Under the pieces are notes generated by a model, which did not search any database, was not told the origin of the DNA, and was given only the letters and a program-made list of their open reading frames with translations. DNA of 64,000 nt from Octopus vulgaris (taxonomy: Eukaryota): the NCBI GenBank assembly GCA_951406725.2, contig OX597814.1:89900001-89964000 (forward strand), written 5' to 3'. Both the position numbers and the translations under genes were made by a program. Every line of letters begins with the position of its first letter. Positions within the stretch are counted from its first letter, which is position 1. Positions 14,226 through 27,099 of this stretch are shown piece after piece.

Positions 14226-15044
14226 CGAGGTCTGATCAATAAGGATCCGGAGTATTGCCTTAGTAATGAAGCTAAAGCATGCAGAGTGAAACCGCTGTAC
14301 ATGCGCACTGGGTTTTAACGTTCTAGCTCACTTCAGCTCTTTACAGCAGTGCTTGGAAGGACGGTGTGTAGCGTGTGATCGTCGCATTGGCCATGATAGA
14401 GAAAGCTGTCATGGAGATATTAGCTCAGAGGCCTACACAAAGTTGCAGAAAGTGTATGGAGAGGAGTGTATGAGCCGCACACAAGTGTACGGGTTGTTCA
14501 GACGTTTCCAAGATGGCCGAAAAATGTCGATATTGACGAACATTCTAGGAGACTTTCAACCAGCAGAACTAAGAAACACATTGCAGATGTGCGTGCAGCT
14601 GTAAGGGTAAATCTTCGAATCACCATCCGTGAGTTATCAGAGAATGTGCAGATAAGTTTTCGGTTCAGTTCAGTCCATTATCACTGAAGATTTGGATATA
14701 AGACGCGTGTCTGCCAAGTTTGTGCCAAAACTGCTTTCAGCTGACCAAAAAGACACTCGAGTTTCAGTTGCACAAGATCTCCTTGATTGTGTCGAGAACG
14801 ATGAAAACATTTTTTGATGTAAATTCTCTGCTCAACTTTCTCTGCCATGGTCAATGCGACGATCACACGCTACACACGTTCCTTCCAAGATCTGCTGTGA
14901 ACAACAGAAGTAAACTAGAACATTGAAACGTAATGCGCATGCACAGTAGAGTTCAAGGTCAATCTGTGCCAAGCGACTTTACTCTGCATGCTTTATAGAT
15001 TCGGTACTATGTCAACAGTCCGGATACTTATTGATCAGACCACG
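14226..15044 (+). mobile_element. Mariner-family non-autonomous element with transposase N-terminal remnant and fold-back ends
   Basis: TA|cgaggtctgatcaataaggatccgga ... tccggatacttattgatcagaccacg|TA (TIRs plus TA duplication); frameshifted fragments LQKVYGEECMSRTQVYGLFRRFQDGR, RITIRELSE and AKFVPKLLS (WVPxxL-like linker); no DDD domain. Confidence 0.92.
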
Positions 15045-15752
15045 TATACCATTGAAAACTCGAGCTGTAATTTACGCTTGGAAATAACCGTCCTTATCTT
15101 TATCTTTATATAAACTCATTGAACCATAGACACGAATTACCCACGAGATGAGTGATTCTTTCAGGAAAGTGTATAGATATTTCCCAGATAAGAATTTTTC
15201 ATAAGATATTCCTTACCTAAGAGCACACGGAAGAAAATAGTCGAAAATTGTAGGTTCATTATAGTTAGCATTTTGCAATCTAACAATAAGCTTCACTCTT
15301 TTGTTTTGCTCCAATTCAGTTCCTAACTCAACTGATTCCTCTTAATCAATCTATTTAGCTTTAAAGTTCCTTCTATCTTTATCATATGTGGTTATTGGAG
15401 GAAATAAATCTTGGCCTAGTTAAGGTTTCTCCGACTACAAAATTTATTTTCATGCTATTCATTTAAATCCTTTAGGGTCACTCTAAGTTTGAATGATACG
15501 AACATCAAATACTGAACTCTTCAGTCTTCTTCAAGAGTACTACTTTGAACTAATTTGTGTGGATACGTATACCTTGGAAAACTTCCAACGTGATTGAACC
15601 AACAGGATGCAATTAAAAGCTACATCTTAGGACATCTTAGGACAGCAAAACACTATCGGAATGAGAATTAACTAGAATGTATTGTATATAATAGTGTAAT
15701 AAACAAGTCTTCGGGGATATATAGTTTTCCATTCTTATTTATGATATCTTCA

Positions 15753-15783
<31 letters not shown>

Positions 15784-15935
15784 CATACATACATACATAC
15801 ATACATACATACATAATACATACATACATACATACATACATACATACATACATAATATGTATATATACATATATTTATACACACACATATACACATGTAT
15901 GTATGTATGTATAAACGTACATACATATATGTATG

Positions 15936-15969
<34 letters not shown>

Positions 15970-16817
15970 TGTATGTATGTATGTATGTATGTATGTATGT
16001 ATGTATGTGCCTATCTATCTATCTATCTTACTTGGGGTGCAATAGACGCTGTTGATTCTTCATGTATTTAGAAGTACATTGCGGCAAAGATAGTTACTAT
16101 GAGAAAACTGGTCGTTTCGTGTTAATTTACTGTAATATTTCATTTAAATAATTGGTCGTTAACGACAGGCGATTTGTTGTTAATTTACGATCGTTGCACT
16201 AACCGGCGAGATAGTAGATTTACGTAAATTAGCACAACACTTTTCAATTATAAAGTAATTATTTTGCTGCTTCTCACTTAATAGGACGATGTTGTTTAAC
16301 TTGATTCAACCATAATTGAGCTGGCCTACGATCCAATCATGCCTATATCATCTGTTTTGTAGGTATATGTAAAAAATTTTTGCGATGTGTCTTTTCATTT
16401 CCCGAGAGAATAGGTACGGTTTAAGGGAGATTCGGGTACCATTTCAAATAGGCGTGGTTTCGTAACTACGTTGTTTGCAGTTTAATCTCTATGCATGGCC
16501 CCTTGGGCATCAATCAATGCCTTCTGAGTGAATTTAGTAGAGGTAAAATATGTAGGAGCAGTCATGTATGTACGTGGGCTCCCGTGTATATGTGTAACTC
16601 GCTTGTATATGTGTTTATGTTTGCCGTCCACCGCTTGACAACCAATGCATGATGGTTATTTAATTTTCCCTTTCCTTACAATGTGAAAATGAAAGTTAAG
16701 TAGCCTTTTATGTACTTCTGGCACAAATGCCTATCTTCAGAAATACAATTTAAAGTTATATATGTTTGTATATTGTTGATTGGTTTACAGGAGTGACTTC
16801 AGTTTGTCCGTGCAGTA

Positions 16818-17150
16818 CAGTGGTTCTCAACTGGGGTCTATATAAGATTTTGCAGGGTCCTCGCCACAAAGGAGTAAATTAGATATCTACAATACTATTT
16901 AAGGACTCCTGAAAAAAATTTGTTTCAGATGTATGTATTGTTATGTATTGCAAGAAACATCTAGGTTTCTTTCTCTAACATTTTACATGGTTCAACCTAC
17001 ACAACTTAATGTGTGAAAAGCAAAATAAGAATTTTGAAAGAAGTTCTTATAAAATTAGTTTTAAAACACCGAATTGTTATGGGGGTCCACCAAAATAAAA
17101 TAGTACTCAAAGGGATCCATAAATAAAAAAAAAATGGTAGAGAAACTCTG
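16818..17150. mobile_element. hAT/Charlie-type MITE, old
   Basis: Begins cagtggttctcaactgggg and ends ggtagagaaactctg (degenerate TIR typical of Charlie-like MITEs); 8-bp TSD not recognisable. Confidence 0.65.
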
Positions 17151-17429
17151 TTACTCCAGTGCAGGGGTTGTGGTACTGAAGTAGCAGCAGCAGTTCTCCT
17201 AAAATGGTGCTATCAGTTGTGGATGGGCTAGGAATAGGTTTGCTGTAATAGTGATGAAAATAACTATCTGCATTGATATTGGTGATGGAGGAAGTAGATG
17301 TCGTAGTAGTAGTGGTCAGTGCTGATATCTTGGCAGGTAACGGTATATCTCATAGTCGTTGTGATGATAATATCGGTCGTGGTAGCGGTGAAATTGGTGT
17401 CAGTAAGTAAAGTTACCTTCTCGAGTCAT

Positions 17430-17640
17430 AAGGGCCGGTTTCCCAGTTTCCATCGCCTATAAATTCCTTATCTGTCACAGTAATCCATCACGGGATTACT
17501 CATCTTTGCCAGCTGAGTGGATGTGAGTAACGTGAAATGAAGTGTTTTGCTCATGAAAACAACGCGCTGCCCAGTCCAGGAATCGAAACTACAATCTTAC
17601 AATGATGAGTCCAACACCCTAACCACTAAGCCAAGCGCTT
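17430..17640 (-). mobile_element. tRNA-derived SINE family C
   Basis: Minus strand tggcttagtggttagg (A box) ... gtttcgattcc (B box), followed by a CORE-like gagcaaaacacttcatttcac segment; decayed relatives at 9085 and 12826-13010. Confidence 0.75.
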
Positions 17641-17676
17641 CCACAGTTTGATGCGTGTAGGCTTGATGAACTCACC

Positions 17677-17886
<210 letters not shown>

Positions 17887-18445
17887 CTTTCAATAGAAGC
17901 GATGTCGCCCAATACTCCATTCTCGAGATGTGAGAGGTGAGTGCAATGCAAAGAGCGTGTTCATGTAAAGAACGTAGAAGTAGTCAGCTAAATCAGTTCA
18001 GGTGGAGAAAGAATTATTTATTACGAAAATATAATCCCACGCTCCTGAAACAATAGAAGAAACGTGTCAAGTTCTCAATGACAGTTTCGATAATCTAGCG
18101 GAAGCATGTCAAAGGGTCATACCCACTTATGGAAACTCTATGGAGAATTGTATGAAGGAAAAGAAGAGAGCAGCATATCCTGCTAACCTAATAGGTTAGA
18201 AAAGATGATACTTCCTGATAATGCATTTGATGAGGCACATCCAAAAATCAAATCAATTTCCAATAAACTTCAAAGATAACATTATGTTAGATATCCTTGG
18301 AGAATTATTTTAAACTTATTTTTTAATAGAAATTTGTCTTTTTAACCTTATTTCATTTAATTTTCGAGACACTAAGGGTTTTAAAAAGGTTTTAATTCAT
18401 GTAATTTTTATTTAAAGAAATTCTGTATCACACCCAACCGTTTTA

Positions 18446-18900
18446 TTCCTTTCTATTCTAGGCACAAGGCCCGACATTTTTGGGGCGGGGCCAGTCGATA
18501 AAATTGACCTCAGTTCGCAGCTGGTACTTAATTTATCGACCCTGAAAGGATGAAAGGAAAAGTCGACCTCGGCAGAATTTGAACGTAAAGGCAGGCGCAA
18601 TACCTATTTCTTTACTACCCACAAGGGGCTAAACACAGAGAGGACAAACAAGGACAGACAAATGGATTAAGTCGATCATATCGACCCCAGTGCGTAACTG
18701 GTACTTATTTAATCGACCCCGAAAGGATGAAAGGCAAAGTCGACCTCGGCGGAATTTGAACTCAGAACGTAGCGGCAGACGAAATACCTATTTCTATACT
18801 ACCCACAAGGGGCTAAACATAGAGGGGACAAACAAGGACAGACAAACGGATTAAGTAGATTATATCGACATCAGTGCTTAACTGGTACTTGTATAATCGA
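18446..18900 (-). mobile_element. SINE family B array: two Tx1-tailed units plus one normal-tailed body
   Basis: 184-bp period; junctions aatacc|tatttc at 18604/18605 and 18788/18789. Confidence 0.9.
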
Positions 18901-19729
18901 GGTCGATAGAATAAGTGCCAGTTAAACACAAGTGCTGATGTAATCAACTCCGATCCCCTCTAAAATTCCTGACTTTATGCCAAAATTTGAGTCCATTATC
19001 ACCTGGAAATATAACAACATGTTTCCTGTCCAAACTCCAACCCTGACAGAACATTTAGTATGCCGATCAAAATGTATAGCGGCATTTTGTGGTCCTCAAA
19101 TTCCGTCGAGGCTGACTTTGCCCTTATCTTTTCGGTGTCGATAAAATAAATAGCAGTCAAGAACTCGTCTTGTGCCAAAATTTCAAAACATTATCCACTT
19201 AGTAGATTCTACTATATAAATGAGAATGTATGCGTGTCTGTATATGTGTATACCACAGAAAGGCTCCGAAATGGTCTGTCCGAGAGAAAAAACGGACTTA
19301 ATCTTCGCCATCTGCCTCCCAAAGAGATTGTTGTTTTTATTGGTAATCAAAACATTTTATTTGCCTATCTGTTTATCTGCCTCTCCCTCTCTTTTACACC
19401 TTTTCCTTCTCTATATACATTTACGTCACTCTCCCCCATTCTCTTTGTACATGCTGCTTCCTCCTCTCTCTTCATATGACAGGTAATGCAAGTCAGTCAC
19501 GCGTCTACGTGACTCTCTCTATCTGTCTATCAGCCTCTCTGTCTTTTAGGCTTTTGTCATTGAAAACTTACACCTCTCTATATATGTTTACCATTCTTTC
19601 ACTCTTTCTTGGTATATGTATAGAGCTTACGCTGAGTGTGTGGATGTTTGTATATGTCTGGTGTGTCAGTGCATGCGTGTAGGGAATTTCATTAGGCTGC
19701 CAGCGAGCTCAGAAGGTATCCGATCAGAG

Positions 19730-20103
19730 AATAGACTTGATGCTATGCGAGCACGGACTTCATCAAGCGTCCAATCAAGAAGCCCAAATGTTGGTATGAG
19801 TACTGGCATTTCAAACACATTGTGGACAACTGTTTTATTGAATGCAGAGAGTTCTGATGTCCAAATTTTCTTTATTCGGCTGTAATTTTCTTTTAGTGAC
19901 ACGTGTTTTGTTACAGGTGTCATTGTAAGATATGTTTTCATCCGCCCCTAGATACCTTTAAAATTCTTTGTCAGATACAGGGTAAACAGTCAAATCATGG
20001 ATGGGGATGTTACTAGTTTGGTTTATGGTTTCCTCCATTTTCACAACCATATAACAACATTTATCCTGACCAAACTCCAACCCTGCATCTTTGAGAATGT
20101 AAT
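19730..20103 (-). pseudogene. RT C-terminal fragment of an R4/Dong-like RLE non-LTR retrotransposon
   Basis: DAGLEFGQDKC and YSRIKKIWTSELSAFNKTVVHNVFEMPVLIPTFGLLDWTLDEV resemble the DIGMEFGLDKC / RVRKILKSELNAKNK..AIN..PVL.YSFG.L.W motifs; cut by a SINE at ~20110. Confidence 0.75.
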
Positions 20104-20109
20104 CAGTCG

Positions 20110-20512
20110 TAGTAGTGGCTGTGTGGTAAGTAGATTGCTTACGAACCACATGGTTCCGGGTTCAGTCCCACTGCGTGGCACCTTGGGCAAGTGTCTTCTA
20201 CTATAGCCTCGGGCCGACCAAAGCCTTGCGAGTCGATTTGGTAGACGGAAACTGAAAGAAGCCCGTCGTATATATGTACATATTTGTGTGCATGTGTGTG
20301 TATATGTTTGTGTGTCTGTGTTTGTCCCACTCACAACATCGCTTGACAACCGATGCTGGCGTGCTTACGTCCCCGTAACTTAGCGGTTCGGCAAAAGAAA
20401 CCAATAGAATAAGTACTAGGTTTGCAAGGAATAAGGGTTGATTTGCTCGACTAAAGGCGGTGCTCCAGCATGGCCACAGTCAAATGACTGAAACAACTAA
20501 AAGAGTAAAAGA
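20110..20512 (+). mobile_element. SINE family A, near full length
   Basis: A box tggctgtgtgg, B box ggttcagtcc, CORE-like ttgggcaagtgtcttct, internal TA/TG microsatellite, tail taaaagag. Confidence 0.92.
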
Positions 20513-21207
20513 GGCCAAGGCTCGTTTTCATCTCATGCATATTCTTCGCACAGTTTTAAGTCATCCACACACATACAAAAAAAAAATCTATATAATTTTC
20601 GTATTTCTGTCTCCAGCTGGGTATGTATGTATGTATGTATGTATGTATGTATGTATGTATGTATGTATGTATGTATGTATGTATGTATGTATGAAGACAA
20701 GTAGGTAGAGAAGCCAGTAAGAATGGATGTACACATGACACTCGCAACAAATTCTTTCACACAACCCATCAACTTTACCAGACAACTCCTGACAGAGAAT
20801 CGTGTGAGACGAGATTGAATCCGCTGCCACATGTGTTTCAAAGCAAATTATCTAATCACGCGGTCACGTGTGCCTTCGTTGCAGATGCATATGCAGTACA
20901 AAAAAAAAAATCTATCCAAACTTCAATTTATGTATAACTCCAAGTATTTGAAAATATTTTCTAATTAATTTTCCAAGAATTTTCCCACCAATCAATTCTT
21001 ATCTGTTGATCGAACGAATTTCTTTTTGTTTGCAACACATCAAAGTTGATTTATTTCATTATTGAACCCAAATCCCTTAGATGAGTAGATATTATTGCTC
21101 TAAAATACAACCCATACTCCTTTCCATTCATCCATCCCTTTTGACCAACTCTCTCTCTCTCTCTCCCACTGTACCTCTTTGGTCACTTCTTTCTTCCATT
21201 CTTTTTT

Positions 21208-21258
<51 letters not shown>

Positions 21259-21336
21259 ATCCTCTTTCTTTCATTCTCCATCTTCTCACCTCACTTCTCC
21301 TTTCTCTCTCTGTCTCTGTCCGTCAGTCTCTCTCAA

Positions 21337-21377
<41 letters not shown>

Positions 21378-21916
21378 GTATGAGGTATGCTTGCACACAT
21401 TCGCACACATGCACACGCACGCACAGTCACACAGACACAGACACATGCAGATACAAACACACACACACACACATACACACACACACACACGTATACATAG
21501 ATTGATAAATGCATAAATTAGATAAACAGACAGACAAATAGATTGCTAGATCTATATACACACTTGTATTTTCCACCTTCCACTTGTTTATGTATGTACG
21601 CATGTTGTATGTATGTATGTATGTATGTATGTATGTATGTATGTATGTATGTATGTATGAATGTATGTATGTATGTATGTATGTATGTATGTATTATGTA
21701 TGTATGTATGTGTGTATGAATGTATTTATTTATGTATGTATGTATGCATGCGTGTATGCTTGTATGTATATATGTATGCATGTATGTATGCATGCAAGTA
21801 TACACATATATAAATGCATATATAAAGCGTGTATATATAAATATTGCATATATATAGGAATGGATATATATGTATAATGTATATATATGTATTATATATG
21901 CACACACACACATATG

Positions 21917-22022
<106 letters not shown>

Positions 22023-22593
22023 GTATGTGTGTGTGAGTGTGCATATATATATACATACACTTAGAAAGACACTTAGATATGCAGTTAGATAGACATACGT
22101 TTGTATTATTGGGCTTTACTTGTTTGTGTATGTACATGTATGTATATATGTATGTGTGTGCGCGTGATCCTCTGGGTTTATGAATGTAAGCATTTGAGTG
22201 TGGGTTAGTGTATGTGTAGCCCCAAGTGAATGTCTCTTAGAATGCGTAGGGTGTGGGTCCGTGCAACTTTGGTTTCATGGCTTCGTTTCAATTATTCTTA
22301 TTGATTTCCAAGTATATTTCATTTACGCGTAACACATCTTCCCACATACTGTGTATGTACATATATATATATACATATATACATATACACACATACATAT
22401 ATACACACCCATCTGAGTGTGGAGAGAGATAGGATAGAATAGTGGGAGAAAAGGAGGTAAAAGAATAAGACAGAGAAAGAGAGAAAAAGAATAAGAGAAA
22501 GAGAAAGAGAGAAAGAGTAAAAAGATCGTATAGAGTGCTCATCAGAATTATTAAGATAAAACTTACTTGCATAAGGATGCGTGGCATTCAGTC

Positions 22594-22716
<123 letters not shown>

Positions 22717-22812
22717 CGGGAAGCTTTATGAAAATAGACAAAAGACGAAGGCAGGTGGAAAACAAACAAACAATTGTATTAGTATGGCGCTCAGGAAATA
22801 TAAATAAAACAA

Positions 22813-22851
22813 GTCTTTAACGTTTCGAGCCTACGCTCTTCAACAGAAAGA
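22813..22851 (-). ncRNA. Minimal type I hammerhead-ribozyme-like motif in PLE pseudo-LTR
   Basis: TCTTT-CTGTTGA-A-GAGC gtag GCTC-GAAA-CG-TT-AAAGA; core differs from CUGANGA at A6. Confidence 0.65.
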
Positions 22852-23115
22852 TACACAGAGAAAAAAACACAGAAAGAAGGAGAGAAAAAAATGCGTGCAG
22901 TAACTAACGAATCAACATGGCGATCTGATTTCGGCCAGAAGTCAAAGATCAAACATGAGACGCGAGAGCGAAATTAGGGGAGATAATAGGGTTGAATGAC
23001 CTACTCCAACATAAGGGTGTGTGTATGTGTGTATGAGAGAGTATTAGTGCGTATGAGAGGTCTGGACGTGTGTATGTATAGGGTTGGTGTATGTATTAGT
23101 ATGTATTAGTATGTA

Positions 23116-24713
23116 TTAGTTGGTGTATGTATTAGTATGGCACATCATATATGATGTGATGTGTAAAGTCGTGTGGTGTAGTGTGGAAAGAGGAGAAGAG
23201 GGGGAGGAGAGGAGGGGGCGGGGGAGAAGGAAGGGGGGGAGGGGGAGAGGGGGAGAGAGAAGGGGAGTGAGGGAGCAGAGGGAAGGGGAAGAGGGAAGGA
23301 GGGAGGGAGAAAGAGGGAAGAAGGGAAGGGGAGTAGGGGTGAAAGGATGAAGGACTGAAGAGAAGTAGGGGTGGGGGGAAAAGTAGGTGAGGAGGGGGAG
23401 AGGGGGGTTAGATGAGGAGGGGGTAGAGTTGAGACCAAATGGCGTATAAGAGCGAAGAGAGAAGATTAATTCCTGTTCACGGCGCAAACGGGAATCCGGA
23501 TGGCCTCTGTGTAAGGACAAACCGAACACAGACAGGTGTTGCAAGGAGTGACCGGTGGAGCAGAAATGGCGTGAGACCGGTGTGTCGTTCGCAAGGTGGA
23601 TGTCACGAAGTTGTTCCGCGAACCGGTCAGCCAAGCGGCGTTCCGTTTGTCCGATGTACAAGGAATGGCAGAGAGAGCAAGAGACGCAATAGATAATATT
23701 GCTGGAGGTGCAGGTGAAGGAGTTGATGATGCGATAGGGTCGATGATGGGTGCTAGTGAGGAGGGTGGTGTTGGAGAGGTAAGGGCAAGTGCGGCAACGT
23801 GGGCGGGAGCAGGGGAACGAGCCGGGTTGGGAGGTAGGGTCAGGGAAGGAGCTATGGACCAAAAGGTCTCGAAGGTTGTGGGCCCGTTTGAAAGAGGGGA
23901 GGGGTCGGTTAGGGAAGAGGTGTGAAGTGGACGGGTCGGACTGGAGATGACGGAAAGCTCGAAGAATGGTGCGTTGGAGACGTAGGGTCGTGGGGTGGTA
24001 AGTGAGGGGAAAAGGGAGGCGGGAGACTACAGGGCGGGTTCGGGGAGAGAGAGCAGATACACGGTCCACGGACCGTGCTCTGGCAAGGGCGGTGTGGATA
24101 GTGGTGAGGGGGTATCCACGTAGGGTGAAGTGGTGAGCCATACGTTGAGACTGAGTCTCAAAGTCATGGTCGTCACTACAGAGCCTACGTAGACGGAGGA
24201 ATTGGGAATAGGGGATGGAAAGCTTGGTGTGTTCTGGGTGGGAGGAAGAGAAGTTGAGGTATGAGTGTGAGTCTGTGTGTTTGTAGTGAATGGAGGTGGT
24301 AAGAGTGGAGTGAAGAATGCTAACCGAAATGTCGAGGAAGGAGACAGAGGTGTTGGAGATAGTGGAAGTGAAGTGGAGGGCTGGATGGAAAGATTGGACG
24401 AAAGAGAGGAAGGAATCTAGATGTTCACGGGAGAGTGAGGTGGCACCGATAATGTCGTCAATGTAACGACCATATAGTTCAGGAGTGGGACCAGTGAAAT
24501 TAGAGAATATTTGGCCCTCAACATAGCCAACGAACAGGTTCGCATAGTTGGGGCCCATTTGCGTTCCCATGGCCACTCCCGAGACCTGATGGTAGAACTC
24601 GCCCGCGAACGAGAAGCAGTTCAGAGTAAGGACAAGTTCGGCCAGACGAATGAGTGTGGAGGTGTCAGGTTCAGGGTTGGAGCGGAGGTCAAGAAAGTGT
24701 TGAAGGGCCTGCA

Positions 24714-24714
<1 letters not shown>
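23116..24714 (-). CDS. PLE reverse transcriptase (C-terminal part) + GIY-YIG endonuclease; no native start codon
   Basis: ORF 23116..24819: [28 protein letters not shown], linker [48 protein letters not shown]; the N-terminal YIYI stretch is microsatellite read-through. Confidence 0.9.
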
Positions 24715-24796
<82 letters not shown>

Positions 24797-25419
24797 CATA
24801 TATATATGCATATATACATACGTATATGTACATACTTACCTGTAGACGTATATATATAAAGAGATAGATAGACAGATATGGATCAAAATAGCTTAACTCA
24901 AACGTTTTGGTGCTCTGAGTTTCAAGCGTGTCGCTAGTCTATGGATATAGATATACATATATATATATATATGTGTGTGTGTAAGTGTGTGTGTGTGTAT
25001 GCTTATAAAGTTTTCACCTCTGACCACACTATGTAATCTAAAGCAATATTGTATCTTACAACCACATTGTTTCCTGTGTTCATTGAGTTTCTTGTCTATT
25101 GTGCTATTTGAGAGACAATTGGCTGCTATTTCTGCCAGATCAGCTGACCAACTATAGACTTATTTGGATACATGCACTGTTGTTGCATCGCTGTAAGTTA
25201 TCTGTGATCGCACTCAATAATGGTGAAATATGTTCCAGATTTCGACTTATTCCTGACATGGTATGTAAGGACTACGTTATCCAATGCCTCTTTTCTTATT
25301 ATTTTAAGTAGGTGGCCTTAGGTTTTGATGCTGGTCTGGTACCTATTTCTAGCAAGCCGCACAACCAGGTAGCAGCTCCCATATTGACTTGCTGCTTTGT
25401 ATTCTTATTTAGGCTTGTC

Positions 25420-25803
25420 TTCCTTCCTTCATTCCGTCCTTCCTTCCTTCCTTCCTTCCTTCCTTCCTTCCTTCCTTCCTTCCTTCCTTCCTTCCTTCCT
25501 TCCTTCCTTCCCTCCCTCCCTCCCTCCTTCCTTCCTTTCGTCCTTCCTTCCTTCCTTCCTCCTTCCTTCCTTCCTTCCCTCCCTCCTTCCTTCCTTCCCT
25601 CCCTCCTTCCTTCCTTCCCTCCCTCCTTCCTTCCTTCCTTCCTTCCTTCCTTCTTTCCTTCCTTCCTTCCTTCCTTCAATCCTTCCTTCCTTCCTTCCTT
25701 CCTTCCTTCCTTCCTTCCTTCCTTCTTTCCCTCCTTCCTTCCTTCCTTCCTTCCTTCCTTCCTTCCTTCCCTCCCTCCTTCCTTCCTTCCTTCCTTCCTT
25801 CCT
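25420..25803 (+). repeat. (CCTT)n microsatellite
   Basis: Directly visible; source of the LPSF/GRKE ORFs. Confidence 0.98.
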
Positions 25804-26587
25804 CATTCATGTTTTTCTCCAAAAAATGTTTGTATTTCATTCCCTAAACTGAATGTTTGTTTATTTATTTATTTATTCATTTATTTATTTATTCATTTAT
25901 TTACTTATTTGTGAGTATTTATTTATTTATGCATCCATTCATTTATCTATTTAAAGAATTTGTTAAAGCTCAACTTCGCCATATATTTTGTTTACAAGAT
26001 TTCTTTCAGCTACCTTTGTTATGTGGCATAAAATCTCACCTTAGATCACCTGTTTCGTATATATTTTACTTTGAACCATCACTGATGACGTAGGCGAGTT
26101 GTCATAGAGACGAAGTTCATACCATTCCTACTTTTTATACTGTAAATGCGCCTTTAAAAATGTTCAATATCTCTCTACCACCCAACTCTCCGTTTCTTTC
26201 TTCTTTTTCTCTCACTCGCCTTCTCTTTGTGTCTGTTCTCTTCCTCTGTGACATTCTCTGCTCTCTCTCTCTCTCCCCTGCTATCGCTTATCTCTTTTGA
26301 TGTTGTCTTCCTTCCTTTATTTCTTGCGTTCTGTTTAATCCGTACACCCCGCTACATTCAAGAAAATGAATGTTTATCTCGAAGGAAAACGCTCCAATGT
26401 ATTACACGCAACCATCTAATTCTCGAATTATTCACCTGCGTATATTTTTATTTAACTTCTTAGCAACTACTCTCCGATGTAACTAGGTTCTTTTTCTCTG
26501 CTAAAATTCCTCTACATGCAACACACTCCCACTCAATTTATATGTGTGTGTGTGTGCTCGTGTGTGTATGTACGTATGCATGCATAC

Positions 26588-26620
<33 letters not shown>

Positions 26621-26721
26621 TGTATGTATGTATGTATGTATGTATGTATGTATGTATGTTTGTATGTATGTATCAGGCATAGACGCTCTTCTATTCAATC
26701 TTTGCTGAATGGATATTCATA

Positions 26722-26764
<43 letters not shown>

Positions 26765-27099
26765 TTCTCTCTCTCTCTATTTCTCTCTCTCTCACTTTCT
26801 TTCTTTCTATCTGTCAATGCATCTCTCCTCCCTCTCACTCTCCTTGCCCTGTGACTGCCTGTTTATGTATCATTGTATATCTCTACATACTAGCACGCAC
26901 GTGCACACTCATATATAGATTATTTTATTGGTCACAAAGGAATTCTATTTATGAAGAATGAGGAAGTACAAAAGCATGCACGTATGTAATACACACACTC
27001 CACATCCATATATATATATATGCACACACACATATGTATATATGTTTATATGTATGTGTATATATGTTTATTATGTGTGTACACAAACACATATATATA

